This document shows, one piece after another, positions 15,874-25,400 of a stretch of DNA of 64,000 nucleotides (position 1 is its first letter; every line of letters starts with the position of its first letter). Source of the stretch: Clostridia bacterium (GTDB lineage Bacteria > Bacillota > Clostridia > Christensenellales > CAG-138); NCBI GenBank assembly GCA_017509785.1, contig JAFWOT010000012.1:69476-133475 (forward strand). The letters are read 5' to 3'. The notes beneath the pieces are model-generated. The model worked only from the letters and a program-made list of their open reading frames with translations. It did not search any database and was not told the origin of the DNA. The translations under genes were made by a program, and so were the position numbers.

Positions 15874-16575
15874 ATGGAACTGAAATACAAGCGTGTGCTT
15901 CTCAAGATGAGCGGCGAAGTCCTCGGCAGCGACAAGGCTCCGGTGGATCCTGCCAAGGTCGCGGAGGCGGCGAAGCATATAAAGAGCCTTTATGACGCGG
16001 GCGTTCAGGTCGGCGTCGTATGCGGCGGCGGGAACATAATGCGCGGCAGAGATTCCGGCTCAATGGACAGGAACCGCGCCGACGCGATAGGCATGCTCTC
16101 GACTGCCATAAACGCACTGAACCTCGAGCAGGGGCTCATCGATATCGGCGTGCCCGTGCGCGTGCTTTCCGCCGTGAATATCGAGCTCTTCATGGACACC
16201 TATTCCGCGAGGCTCGCAAACTCCGCCCTCGATAACGGGGAGGTAGTCGTTTTCGCCTGCGGGAGCGGCCTGCCCTTCTTCTCGACGGATACCGCAGCCG
16301 CGCTCCGTGCGGCTCAGATCCACGCCGACGCGCTCCTTCTCGCGAAGAACGTCGACGGAGTCTATTCCGCCGATCCGAAGAAGGATCCTTCCGCCGTCAA
16401 GTTCGACGAGCTCACGTATGACGAGGTCGTTTCCCGCGGGCTCCGCGCGACCGATCTGACCGCCATCACCCTCTGCCGCGACACCGGCATGAGGATGATC
16501 GTATTCTCGATGGAGGACGATTCCGCTTTCGTAAGGGCCTGCGCAGGCGAAAACGTGGGCACGGTCATCTCCTGA
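15874..16575 (+). CDS. pyrH: UMP kinase
   Basis: KRVLLKMSGEVLG...VGVVCGGGNIMRG. RBS GGGGAGG. Conserved pyrH-frr synteny. Confidence 0.95.
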   Translation: MELKYKRVLLKMSGEVLGSDKAPVDPAKVAEAAKHIKSLYDAGVQVGVVCGGGNIMRGRDSGSMDRNRADAIGMLSTAINALNLEQGLIDIGVPVRVLSAVNIELFMDTYSARLANSALDNGEVVVFACGSGLPFFSTDTAAALRAAQIHADALLLAKNVDGVYSADPKKDPSAVKFDELTYDEVVSRGLRATDLTAITLCRDTGMRMIVFSMEDDSAFVRACAGENVGTVIS

Positions 16576-16628
16576 CGGGAGCGATTGTAAATTTCGTGTA
16601 AAAAACGCCCCTGCGGATGAATTTCCGG

Positions 16629-16657
16629 TTGACAAGCAGAACTCTTTCTAATAAAAT
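16629..16657 (+). promoter_or_regulatory. SigA-type promoter upstream of frr
   Basis: TTGACA (16629-16634), 17 nt, TAAAAT (16652-16657). Confidence 0.55.
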
Positions 16658-16690
16658 AAATCGGTAAACGAAACAAAGGAGGTATCTGTC

Positions 16691-17245
16691 ATGAGTGAAG
16701 TTATTGATATTGCACAGGATAAAATGAATAAAACCATCGCCGTTTTAAAGCGCGATCTCGGCGGCCTCAGGGCGGGCAGGGCCAACCCCCAGCTGCTTGA
16801 GCGCATACTGGTCGATTATTACGGCAGCGCCACTCCCATCAATCAGATGGGCAACATCTCCTCTCCCGAGGCAAGGCTTCTCGTCATCAACCTCTGGGAT
16901 CCCAAGATGATCCCCGCCGTTGAGAAGGCGATCCAGAAGTCCGATCTCGGCATCAACCCCACCAACGACGGCAAGCTCATCAGGCTCGTATTCCCCGAGC
17001 TGACGGAGGAGCGCCGCAGGGAGCTCGTCAAGACCATCAAGAAAAAGGCCGAGGAAGCCAAGGTCGCCATAAGGTCGATCCGCCGCGACGCCAACGAGAA
17101 CCTGAAGAAGCAGAAGAAGGACGGCGAGATCACCGAGGACGATCAGAAGTTCTACGAGGAAGAGGCTCAGGAGATCACCGACGATTCCATCAAGGAGATC
17201 GACCGCATAGCTTCCGACAAGGAAAAGGAGATCATGGAGTTTTGA
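16691..17245 (+). CDS. frr: Ribosome recycling factor
   Basis: DLGGLRAGRANPQLLERILVDYYGSATPINQMGNISSPEARLLVINLWD...LTEERRRELVK. Confidence 0.96.
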   Translation: MSEVIDIAQDKMNKTIAVLKRDLGGLRAGRANPQLLERILVDYYGSATPINQMGNISSPEARLLVINLWDPKMIPAVEKAIQKSDLGINPTNDGKLIRLVFPELTEERRRELVKTIKKKAEEAKVAIRSIRRDANENLKKQKKDGEITEDDQKFYEEEAQEITDDSIKEIDRIASDKEKEIMEF

Positions 17246-17451
17246 CGGACGTCCGCGCAATGGAGCTTTCGGCCGCGGAGGAGATCCTCCGCGCCGAGGG
17301 CTTTGAGGTCGCAACATTTGAGGTGCGCTCGAAAAAAGGCGTGCCCGGCGGCGACGATAAAAGAGTTATCAGGGTACGCCGGGATGAAACGGGCAATACC
17401 GTTTACCTTGCGTACTCGGTTTTTAAGACGGCGGTTTCGCGGATCGATTGA
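17242..17451 (+). CDS. Small hypothetical protein with a PASTA-like fold signature, no signal peptide
   Basis: 62-69 aa (TTG 17242 or ATG 17260). GC-rich third positions support coding. ELSAAEEILRAEGFEV...VIRVRRDETGNTVYLAYS resembles a single PASTA repeat. Confidence 0.5.
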   Translation: MTDVRAMELSAAEEILRAEGFEVATFEVRSKKGVPGGDDKRVIRVRRDETGNTVYLAYSVFKTAVSRID

Positions 17452-17468
17452 TCCGGGCGGAGGACCCA

Positions 17469-18215
17469 ATGCGGATCTACGAGAGATACACACGGGAGCA
17501 GATCGAGGGCTTCGGCCTTGCGGGTGAGCTTCCGAAGCATATCGGCATAATTATGGACGGCAACGGCAGGTGGGCGAAGAAGCGTTTTATGCCGAGGCCC
17601 GTCGGCCACAGGGCGGGGATGGAATCCCTGCACGAGATCGTGCGCGAGGCGCACTGCCTCGGGATAGAGGCTCTGACGGTTTACGCCTTTTCGACGGAGA
17701 ACTGGCAGCGCCCCGTCCAGGAGGTCAACGCGCTCTTTTCGCTTTTGACCGAATACTTCGCAAAGGAGATCGACGAGCTCGACGCGAACGGCATGCGCAT
17801 AATTCTCCTCGGGGATATAGAGCCTTTCCCGGATAAGGTCAGGGAGTGCCTTAAGGACGCCGTCGAAAGAACGAAGAACAATTCGGGTCTCCGCTTCTGC
17901 ATCGCGATCAATTACGGCGCGAGGGCGGAGATAGTCCGCGCCGTGAGGAACATCGTCAAAGCCGGCGCCGCGCCGGAGCAGATCGACGAGGAGCTCGTCT
18001 CCCGCAATCTCTACACGAAGGATCTGCCCGAGCTCGACCTCGTCGTCAGGACGGCGGGGGAGCAGAGGCTCTCTAACTTCCTTCTCTGGCAGGCGGCATA
18101 CGCCGAATTCGTTTTCACGGAAGTGCTCTGGCCGGATTATACGCCGGAGGAGCTGAGAAAGAGCATTAAGATTTTCATGAAGCGCACGAGGCGCTTCGGA
18201 AGGGTCGTCGGCTGA
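17469..18215 (+). CDS. uppS: Isoprenyl transferase (undecaprenyl diphosphate synthase)
   Basis: HIGIIMDGNGRWAKKR...TVYAFSTENWQRP...RLSNFLLWQAAYAEF. GGAGGA lies 4 nt upstream of ATG 17469. Confidence 0.95.
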   Translation: MRIYERYTREQIEGFGLAGELPKHIGIIMDGNGRWAKKRFMPRPVGHRAGMESLHEIVREAHCLGIEALTVYAFSTENWQRPVQEVNALFSLLTEYFAKEIDELDANGMRIILLGDIEPFPDKVRECLKDAVERTKNNSGLRFCIAINYGARAEIVRAVRNIVKAGAAPEQIDEELVSRNLYTKDLPELDLVVRTAGEQRLSNFLLWQAAYAEFVFTEVLWPDYTPEELRKSIKIFMKRTRRFGRVVG

Positions 18216-18288
18216 ATCTGCGCCGATCCCTGCGCCGCTCCTTTGCGGGCGGCGAAAACGTCATCTGAAAGGTAAAGGGTTCGTTTAT

Positions 18289-19110
18289 ATGAGTGAGTTG
18301 GGGATCAGAGCGATAGTCGCGGTGTTTCTCATTGCGTTTCTCGGGCTCGTGGTATGGCTCGGCGGATGGGTGCAGGCTCTGGCGCTGACGGCGATCGCCG
18401 TGCTCGCCGTCATCGAGATGGGGCGGATGTTCGAAAAGAAGGATATACACGTTTGCCGCGCGCCGCTCTTCATCCTCGCGGGGGCGGAATTCATACTTCT
18501 CCTTCTGAACGAGCGATACGGCGCTCCGTTTCTTCTTCCCGCGCTGTGGATAGTTTGCTTCCTGTACGTCGTGACCGAAAGGATCCTCAACAAAAACCGC
18601 CGTACGGAGGACATGATCGCGACGGTATTCGTGATGATCTATCCGCTCACGCTGCTGCTCTGCTTCGGCTTCTTCGGATATAACGGGAACGACGTTTCGA
18701 GGACGGCGCTCATGCTCGTCTTCGCCGCCCCCTGTATGGCGGACAACAACGCCTACCTCTTCGGCAGGAAGTTCGGCAAAAGGAAGCTCTGCCCCGCGAT
18801 AAGCCCCAACAAGACCGTCGAGGGCTATATTGCGGGCCTTCTCGGCGGGCCGATGGGCGGCATACTCGTCTATTTCCTCCAGAAGCTCTGGGGGCTTGAC
18901 GTCCACTGGGGCTGGCTCGTAGGGCTCGGCTTTGTCGGCGGGATCGTCGGTCAGTTCGGCGATCTGTTCGCTTCGACCATGAAACGCTGGGCCGGGATAA
19001 AGGATTTCGGCACGCTACTGCCGAAGCACGGCGGAGTCGTCGACAGGCTCGACAGCGCGATGATGTTCGCGCCCGTCGTCGCGGCGGCGTTCGCGTATTT
19101 TATAAGATAA
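18289..19110 (+). CDS. cdsA: Phosphatidate cytidylyltransferase
   Basis: Multi-TM protein with AISPNKTVEGYIAGLLGG...GDLFASTMKRWAGIKDFG...HGGVVDRLDS. Confidence 0.93.
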   Translation: MSELGIRAIVAVFLIAFLGLVVWLGGWVQALALTAIAVLAVIEMGRMFEKKDIHVCRAPLFILAGAEFILLLLNERYGAPFLLPALWIVCFLYVVTERILNKNRRTEDMIATVFVMIYPLTLLLCFGFFGYNGNDVSRTALMLVFAAPCMADNNAYLFGRKFGKRKLCPAISPNKTVEGYIAGLLGGPMGGILVYFLQKLWGLDVHWGWLVGLGFVGGIVGQFGDLFASTMKRWAGIKDFGTLLPKHGGVVDRLDSAMMFAPVVAAAFAYFIR

Positions 19111-19120
19111 AGGCGATATA

Positions 19121-20269
19121 ATGAAGAGTATCTCCGTATTCGGATCGACGGGCTCGATCGGCAGGCAGACCCTCTCCGTGTGCGAGACGCACGGGGATCT
19201 GTTTGAGGTATCGGCCCTCGTATTCGGTTCAAACGTAAAGCTCGGGTGCGAGCAGATAAGGCGGTTCTGCCCGCGCGTCGTCGGAGTTTTCGATGAAGCA
19301 GCGGCGAAGATCGTGCGTTCGGAATTCCCCGGTATCGAGGTCGTTTCCGGCAGCGGCGTCTGGGATATCGCATCATTGCCGGGGGCAGACGTCGTTGTAA
19401 ACGGCGTGAGCGGCTTTTCGGGAACGTTCCCTCTTTTGAACGCGCTCAAAGCGGGCAAGCCCGTCGCCCTTGCCAATAAGGAGAGCGTCGTATGCGCGGG
19501 CTCTCTCGTGCGGGAAGCTCTCGCTTGCGGCGGGACTATCCTCCCCGTTGACAGCGAGCAGTCCGCCATATTCCAATGCCTGACCGCCGGAAGGCGCGCG
19601 GACGTGAAGAACCTTATACTCACGGCCTCGGGAGGGGCCTTCCGCGATATGCCGAAGGAGCTGCTCCCTTCCGTCACGCCCGAAATGGCGATGAAGCATC
19701 CCAATTGGAGCATGGGGCGAAAAATAACCATCGACTCGGCTACACTCTTCAATAAGGGGCTCGAGGTAATGGAGGCGGCCTTCCTCTTCGAGACCGAGGG
19801 GGAGAGGATAAAGGTGCTCGTGCATCCGCAGTCCGTCGTGCATTCGATGGTCGAATTCAACGATAACTCCGTCATAGCGCAGATGGGCGTGCCCGATATG
19901 CGCATGGCGATACAGTACGCGCTGACGTATCCCGAAAGGGCGGCCTGCCCGGCGGCTCCTCTGGAGCTTTCGAAGCTGAGCGGGCTCACGTTCGAGGAGC
20001 CGGATACCGAAAAATACCCGGCCCTGCCGATGGCATACGAGGCTCTGCGCAGGGGCGGCTCCGCTCCCGTCGCTTACAATTCCGGCAACGAGGTCGCTGT
20101 CGAGCGTTTCGTTTCCGGAGATATCCGATTTGACGAGATCCCGGAGTTGGTTGCCGGGGTCATGAACAGCATGGACGATATGCCTGTCATGAGCATGGAT
20201 GAGCTGCTCTTCTGCGACGCGGAGGCAAGGCGGCTCGCGCGTGAATACGGGACGAAGAGGTCGATATGA
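19121..20269 (+). CDS. dxr: 1-deoxy-D-xylulose-5-phosphate reductoisomerase
   Basis: ISVFGSTGSIGRQTL...LANKESVV...LTASGGAFRD...HPNWSMGRKITIDSATLFNKGLE. Confidence 0.96.
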   Translation: MKSISVFGSTGSIGRQTLSVCETHGDLFEVSALVFGSNVKLGCEQIRRFCPRVVGVFDEAAAKIVRSEFPGIEVVSGSGVWDIASLPGADVVVNGVSGFSGTFPLLNALKAGKPVALANKESVVCAGSLVREALACGGTILPVDSEQSAIFQCLTAGRRADVKNLILTASGGAFRDMPKELLPSVTPEMAMKHPNWSMGRKITIDSATLFNKGLEVMEAAFLFETEGERIKVLVHPQSVVHSMVEFNDNSVIAQMGVPDMRMAIQYALTYPERAACPAAPLELSKLSGLTFEEPDTEKYPALPMAYEALRRGGSAPVAYNSGNEVAVERFVSGDIRFDEIPELVAGVMNSMDDMPVMSMDELLFCDAEARRLAREYGTKRSI

Positions 20270-21381
20270 ACATTCTTTATTTTCTTGCAGCGCTGCTCGT
20301 TCTCGCTGTGATGATCACCATTCACGAGCTCGGGCATTATACCGCGGGCAGGCTCCTGGGCTTTAAGATACTCGATTTTTCGGTCGGATTCGGGCCCGCC
20401 CTGCTCAAGCACAGGAGCAAGAAGGGCATAACCTACGCCCTCCGCGCGATCCCGCTCGGCGGCGCGTGCCGTTTCTACGGCGAGGAGGACGACCCGGACG
20501 AGGTCAGGGACGACCCCGAAGCGATACCCTTCTATTCCCAGAAGCCGTGGAAGAGGCTCATCGTCATATTCGCGGGGCCTCTGATGAACTTCGTGCTCGC
20601 CTACGTGCTTGCGGTCGTTATGATGCTCTGCTGGGGCAACAGGGAGATAGTCTCCTACCCGAACGGCGACAGCGCCATAGTCATTACCGATCTGACGGAG
20701 GGCGGCCGCGCCGAGGCCTGCGGCATAATGAAGGAGGACGTCATAATTGCCGTGAACGGTACCGACGTTTCCGGCGAGCCTCATGATTTCGATGGCAAGA
20801 CCGACCTTATTTCAAAAGGCATAGACGAAGCCCCCGCCGAGGGCGTTACGCTCACCGTCCTTCGCGGCGATGAGAAGCTTGATATTCTTATTACCGATAT
20901 CTACAACGCGGAGATGGGGAAGAACCTTCTCGGCATCACGATGGGGAACATGATCGCCTTCAGGCCGGCGGGGCTCATGGAATCGCTCGGCTCGGGGTTC
21001 GTCCTCCTGGGGGATATAGTCAAGGTCACGTTCCAGGCGATAGCCAACGGCATAAGGAACGGCTTCCATCAGGGGGACGTTTCGGGCATAGTCGGCACCG
21101 TCGCAATAACGATGCAGATGGCTTCGCTCGGGGTCTATTACGTGTTCTACGTGGCGGTCATAATCTCGATGAGCCTCGGCATAATGAACCTTCTGCCCCT
21201 CCTGCCGCTGGACGGCGGTCATCTGCTCTTCGATTTTATTGAGCTCGTTGTCGGCAAGCCCGTCCCGAGGAAGGTGCAGAACGTGCTCAGCCTCATAGGC
21301 TTCGGATTGCTGATACTGCTCATGGTCTACGCCACTTACAGCGACATACGCGGCCTCTTCAGCGGGGCGTTTGATTTCTGA
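20266..21381 (+). CDS. rseP: RIP zinc metalloprotease RseP (site-2 protease, PDZ-containing)
   Basis: HELGHY motif, a PDZ segment, and NLLPLLPLDGGH. ATGA overlap with dxr. Confidence 0.93.
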   Translation: MNILYFLAALLVLAVMITIHELGHYTAGRLLGFKILDFSVGFGPALLKHRSKKGITYALRAIPLGGACRFYGEEDDPDEVRDDPEAIPFYSQKPWKRLIVIFAGPLMNFVLAYVLAVVMMLCWGNREIVSYPNGDSAIVITDLTEGGRAEACGIMKEDVIIAVNGTDVSGEPHDFDGKTDLISKGIDEAPAEGVTLTVLRGDEKLDILITDIYNAEMGKNLLGITMGNMIAFRPAGLMESLGSGFVLLGDIVKVTFQAIANGIRNGFHQGDVSGIVGTVAITMQMASLGVYYVFYVAVIISMSLGIMNLLPLLPLDGGHLLFDFIELVVGKPVPRKVQNVLSLIGFGLLILLMVYATYSDIRGLFSGAFDF

Positions 21382-21385
21382 TCAT

Positions 21386-22429
21386 ATGGAAACGAAAAGC
21401 TTCAAGATCCGTGATATCGCGATCGGCGGCGGGGCTCCCGTCACGATCCAGTCAATGACGAATACCGACACGCGTGACGCCCGGGCCACTGCAGCCCAGA
21501 TACTCGAGCTCGAAGCCGCCGGCTGCGAGATAGTGCGCTTTTCCGTCTATGACGAGGACTGCGCGAAGGCCATCCCAACGATAAGGGAGCTCACGCATAT
21601 ACCCCTCGTCGCGGATATCCATTTCGATCACAGGCTTGCCATAGCGGCTATCGAGAACGGGATCGACAAGGTCCGCATCAATCCGGGCAATATAGGCTCC
21701 GAAGCGAAGGTGCGCGAGCTCGTCGCCGCGGCAAAGGAAAGGCACATCCCGATAAGGATAGGCGTCAACGGCGGTTCGCTCGAAAAGGACGTGCTTGCGA
21801 AATACGGCGTCACCGCCGAGGCGATGGTCGAGAGCGCGCTTTCGCACGTCGCTATACTGGAGCGCTGCGGCTTTGAGGATATAGTCCTCTCGCTGAAGGC
21901 CTCCACCGTAGCAAAGACGGTCGAAGCTTACCGCATTGCGCGCGAGCGCACGCCGTATCCGCTCCACCTCGGAGTGACGGAGGCGGGCAGCGGTGAAGCG
22001 GCTCTCGTCAAGTCCTCCATCGGGATCGGGTCTCTGCTCCTCGACGGGATAGGCGACACCATCCGCGTTTCGATGACGGGTTCCCCCGTGCAGGAGGTGC
22101 ATGCCGCCAAGCGCATTTTAAACGCCGTCGGTCTTCGGAGCGAGGGCGTGGAGGTCGTCTCCTGCCCGACCTGCGGCAGGACGCGGGTGGATCTGCCCGC
22201 GATCGTCGAGAGGGTCTCGAATGCCCTCCCGAATACGGATAAGCCCCTCCGCGTCGCAGTAATGGGCTGCGCCGTTAACGGCCCGGGGGAGGCGAGGGAG
22301 GCGGATATCGGCATCGCCTTCGGGAGCGTGAACGCGGTCGTTTTCAGAAAGGGAGAGCTCGTCTATTCCGATAAGCTCCCCGGAGTTATAGACAGATTCA
22401 TAGAGGACGTTAAAAAGGAATTGCGATGA
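21386..22429 (+). CDS. ispG: 4-hydroxy-3-methylbut-2-en-1-yl diphosphate synthase
   Basis: IGGGAPVTIQSMTNTDTRD...RINPGNIG...VSCPTCGRT...VMGCAVNGPGEA. ATG 21386 lies after the rseP stop; the listed TTG 21371 would overlap it. Confidence 0.95.
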   Translation: METKSFKIRDIAIGGGAPVTIQSMTNTDTRDARATAAQILELEAAGCEIVRFSVYDEDCAKAIPTIRELTHIPLVADIHFDHRLAIAAIENGIDKVRINPGNIGSEAKVRELVAAAKERHIPIRIGVNGGSLEKDVLAKYGVTAEAMVESALSHVAILERCGFEDIVLSLKASTVAKTVEAYRIARERTPYPLHLGVTEAGSGEAALVKSSIGIGSLLLDGIGDTIRVSMTGSPVQEVHAAKRILNAVGLRSEGVEVVSCPTCGRTRVDLPAIVERVSNALPNTDKPLRVAVMGCAVNGPGEAREADIGIAFGSVNAVVFRKGELVYSDKLPGVIDRFIEDVKKELR

Positions 22430-25400
22430 GCGGAAGCGAATACGTCGAAATGGGCGGAAGGCTGCAAAAGGATTCCGCCTTTAAAATATCAAAAGCGGCA
22501 TGGGTGAAGTCCCTCGGCAGATTCGATGTCGGGGTCGAGGCGGCGCGCATGCTCCTTCCCAACGAGATGGAGGCCGTCGAGCGCGTCATAAAGGCGAAGC
22601 TCGACACCCCTTCCGTCACCTGCAGGTTCGATTTTAAAAAGGCGCTCGAGGAGTTTTCACAACTCCCCGACGGGGAGCTCGCGGGCTTCTTCATAGAGAG
22701 CTGGAGCCAGCTCTGTCCCGAGCTCGCGCCGGTGCTCGGGAACTGCGCGGTGGAGGTCACGGGCGAGAAGGATTCGCGCGTGTTCTGCCTTGCCGCGGCG
22801 CCCGCACTCGTTTTTGCGCTCAGCGACGACCGCGTCACCGGCTTCAGGGCCGCCGCTAACGAGATCTGGGGCTGGAATTTCGCGGTTCGTGTCACCGCCG
22901 ACGATTCCATAACCGAGCTTCGCCGCGTGGATATCTCCGCCTATTCGGAAAGGGCCGTCGGCGATCTCCCCGCGGGGAGCGTCCCCGCGCCTAAGCCGCA
23001 GAGAAGAGCGAAGCAGAATTCCCCGGCGGAGGGCGTCATTTACGGAAAGGATATCTCGAACGCAAGCGTTTTGAGCATGGCGGAATTCGGCGAACAGACC
23101 GGCACGGCCGCCGCCGTCGGCTCCATGATAGACATGGAGGTCACGGAGACCCGCAACAAACAGCGCAGCATTATCAAATTCACCTTCACGGATAAGACCA
23201 ACTCCCTCACGGTCAAGCTCTTCCCGAAATCCGATAAGGCGGGCGAGATCGTTTCCGCTCTCGAGGACGTAAAAAAGAAGGGCGATCTGCTCGCCGTCAG
23301 GGGGTCTTACGAATACGATTCCTACTCGCGGGATTACGTTTTCATTGCAAGCGACATCAACCGCCGCAAGGCCGTGAAGCGGTCGGACGATTCCCCGGCG
23401 GGCGAAAAGCGCGTGGAGCTCCATCTGCATACCCAATCCTCCACCATGGACGCGCTTACGAAGGTCGACGAGGTCGTCAGGACCGCTTACAGGTGGGGCC
23501 ACAGAGCCGTCGCGATAACGGATCACGGCGTCGTCCATTCCCTGCCCGAGGCAATGAAGGCCTATAAGGATCTCAAAAAGAAGGCCGCGGAAGAGGGCAA
23601 GGAATTCGATTTCAAGGTCATATTCGGATGCGAGGGATACCTCGTCAACGACTCGACCGATCACTCCCCAGATGAGAGCGACTTCACCGCCGTCTCCGCA
23701 ACGGCGGCGCAGTCCCCCGCGGGCACTTCCGTATTTGAGATATGCGCCATCCGTTTCGACCCTTCGGGCAGCGAAAAGGGCTTTTTCCGCACGCTCGTGA
23801 ATTCCGGCGCGGCGCTGCCCGCGTGGGCGGCGGAGGAATGCGGCGTCGATGAAGCAGAGCGCGCCTCGGCGCCCGATCAGATGACGGCCGTAAATGAGCT
23901 CCTGCGATTCGCGGAGGGCTCCGTCATAGCCGCATATAATGACGGCGTCATGAACGGCCTCGCCGCCCAGCTCCCCGATGAGGACAGCTTCCCCTTCGAA
24001 TACGTCGATATAAACAAGCTCGAGCTGAACGTCCATCTTGACGTCAAGGATTACAGCATGGAGTCGGGCTGCGCTCCGATATCCGGCAGGTATGAAGCCG
24101 CGCCCCTCCGCCCGGCGGAGGAGAACGCCCGCTCGATACGCGATCTTCTTTTGGGCATGATCGGCGAGCTCCGCGAAAGGGGCTGCGGCGTGCTGCCCCG
24201 TTGGGACAGACGCTCTCCCGACTTCAAAAAACTTCAGCGCTATCATATAATACTGCTCGCTTCTTCGCTGCCGGGGCTGAAAAACCTCTATAAGCTCGTC
24301 TCCTATTCGCACCTGCAGTATTTCCATAAGCGCCCCTGCATCCCGAGAAGCCTGCTCAACATGCTGAGGGGCGGCATAATACTCGGCTCCGCCTGTGAGG
24401 CGGGCGAGCTTTACCGCGCCGTTTCCCGCGGCAGGAGCGATGAGGAGCAGCGCCGCATAGCCTCGTGGTACGATTATCTCGAGATACAGCCCCTCGATAA
24501 CAACATGTTCATGCTCGATTCCGATGAGATGAAGTGGACGCTCGACGACCTGAAGGATCATAACCGCCGCGTTGTCGGGCTCGCGGACGAGCTCGGCAAG
24601 CCCGCCGTCGCCACCTGCGACGTGCATTTCCTCGATCCGGACGACGCGATCTACCGTTCCATACTCCTGCATTCGCAGGGCTTCCGTGACGCCACACGCA
24701 TGACGCCGCTCTTCTTCCGCACGACGGAGGAGATGCTTGAGGAATTCAGTTACCTCGGGGAGGAGAAGGCGAGGGAGATAGTCATAACCAACCCCAACAG
24801 GATCGCCGATCTCTGCGGCGAGCAGCTCCATCCCTTCCTTGACGAGCAGTTCACCTATTCGCCGGAGCTCCCCAACGCGAAGGAGATCCTGCAGGAGATG
24901 ACCATGGCGGAGGCTCACAGGCGCTACGGCGATCCCCTTCCGGAGATCGTCCGGGCAAGGCTCGATAAGGAGCTGAGATCCATAGTCGGCAACGGGTATT
25001 CCTCGCTCTACATGGTGGCTCAGAAGCTCGTGGCGAAGTCCCTTTCGGATGGGTATCTCGTCGGCTCCCGAGGTTCGGTCGGCTCATCCTTCGTCGCGAC
25101 TATGCTTGGGATAACCGAGGTCAACGCTCTGCCGCCGCACTATCTCTGCCCCGAATGCAGGTATTCCGAATTCGTGCTCGATTCGCATTCGAGGTGCGGC
25201 ATCGATCTGCCCGACAAGCTCTGCCCCAAATGCGGGACTAAGCTCAAAAAGGAGGGCTACGATATCCCGTTCGAGGTCTTCCTCGGCTTCAAGGGCGACA
25301 AGACCCCGGATATCGACCTAAATTTCTCGGGAGATTATCAGCCCGTGGCTCACCATTTCACCGAGGAGATGTTCGGCGCGGGGCACGCCTTCCGCGCGGG

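Noticed and set aside
22657-24918. 753-aa and 490-aa (25318-26790) minus-strand ORFs inside polC
   Set aside because: They are antisense to a 1433-aa polC ORF with all polymerase motifs. Their composition is Arg/Gly/Ala/Leu/Glu-rich with no recognisable domains, so they are high-GC artefacts. The same reasoning applies to 8588-9430(-), 16060-16635(-), 19015-19989(-), 38499-39251(+), 39866-40768(+), 42906-44054(-), 44723-45664(-), 47438-48469(-), 50352-51521(+) and 51935-52756(+).
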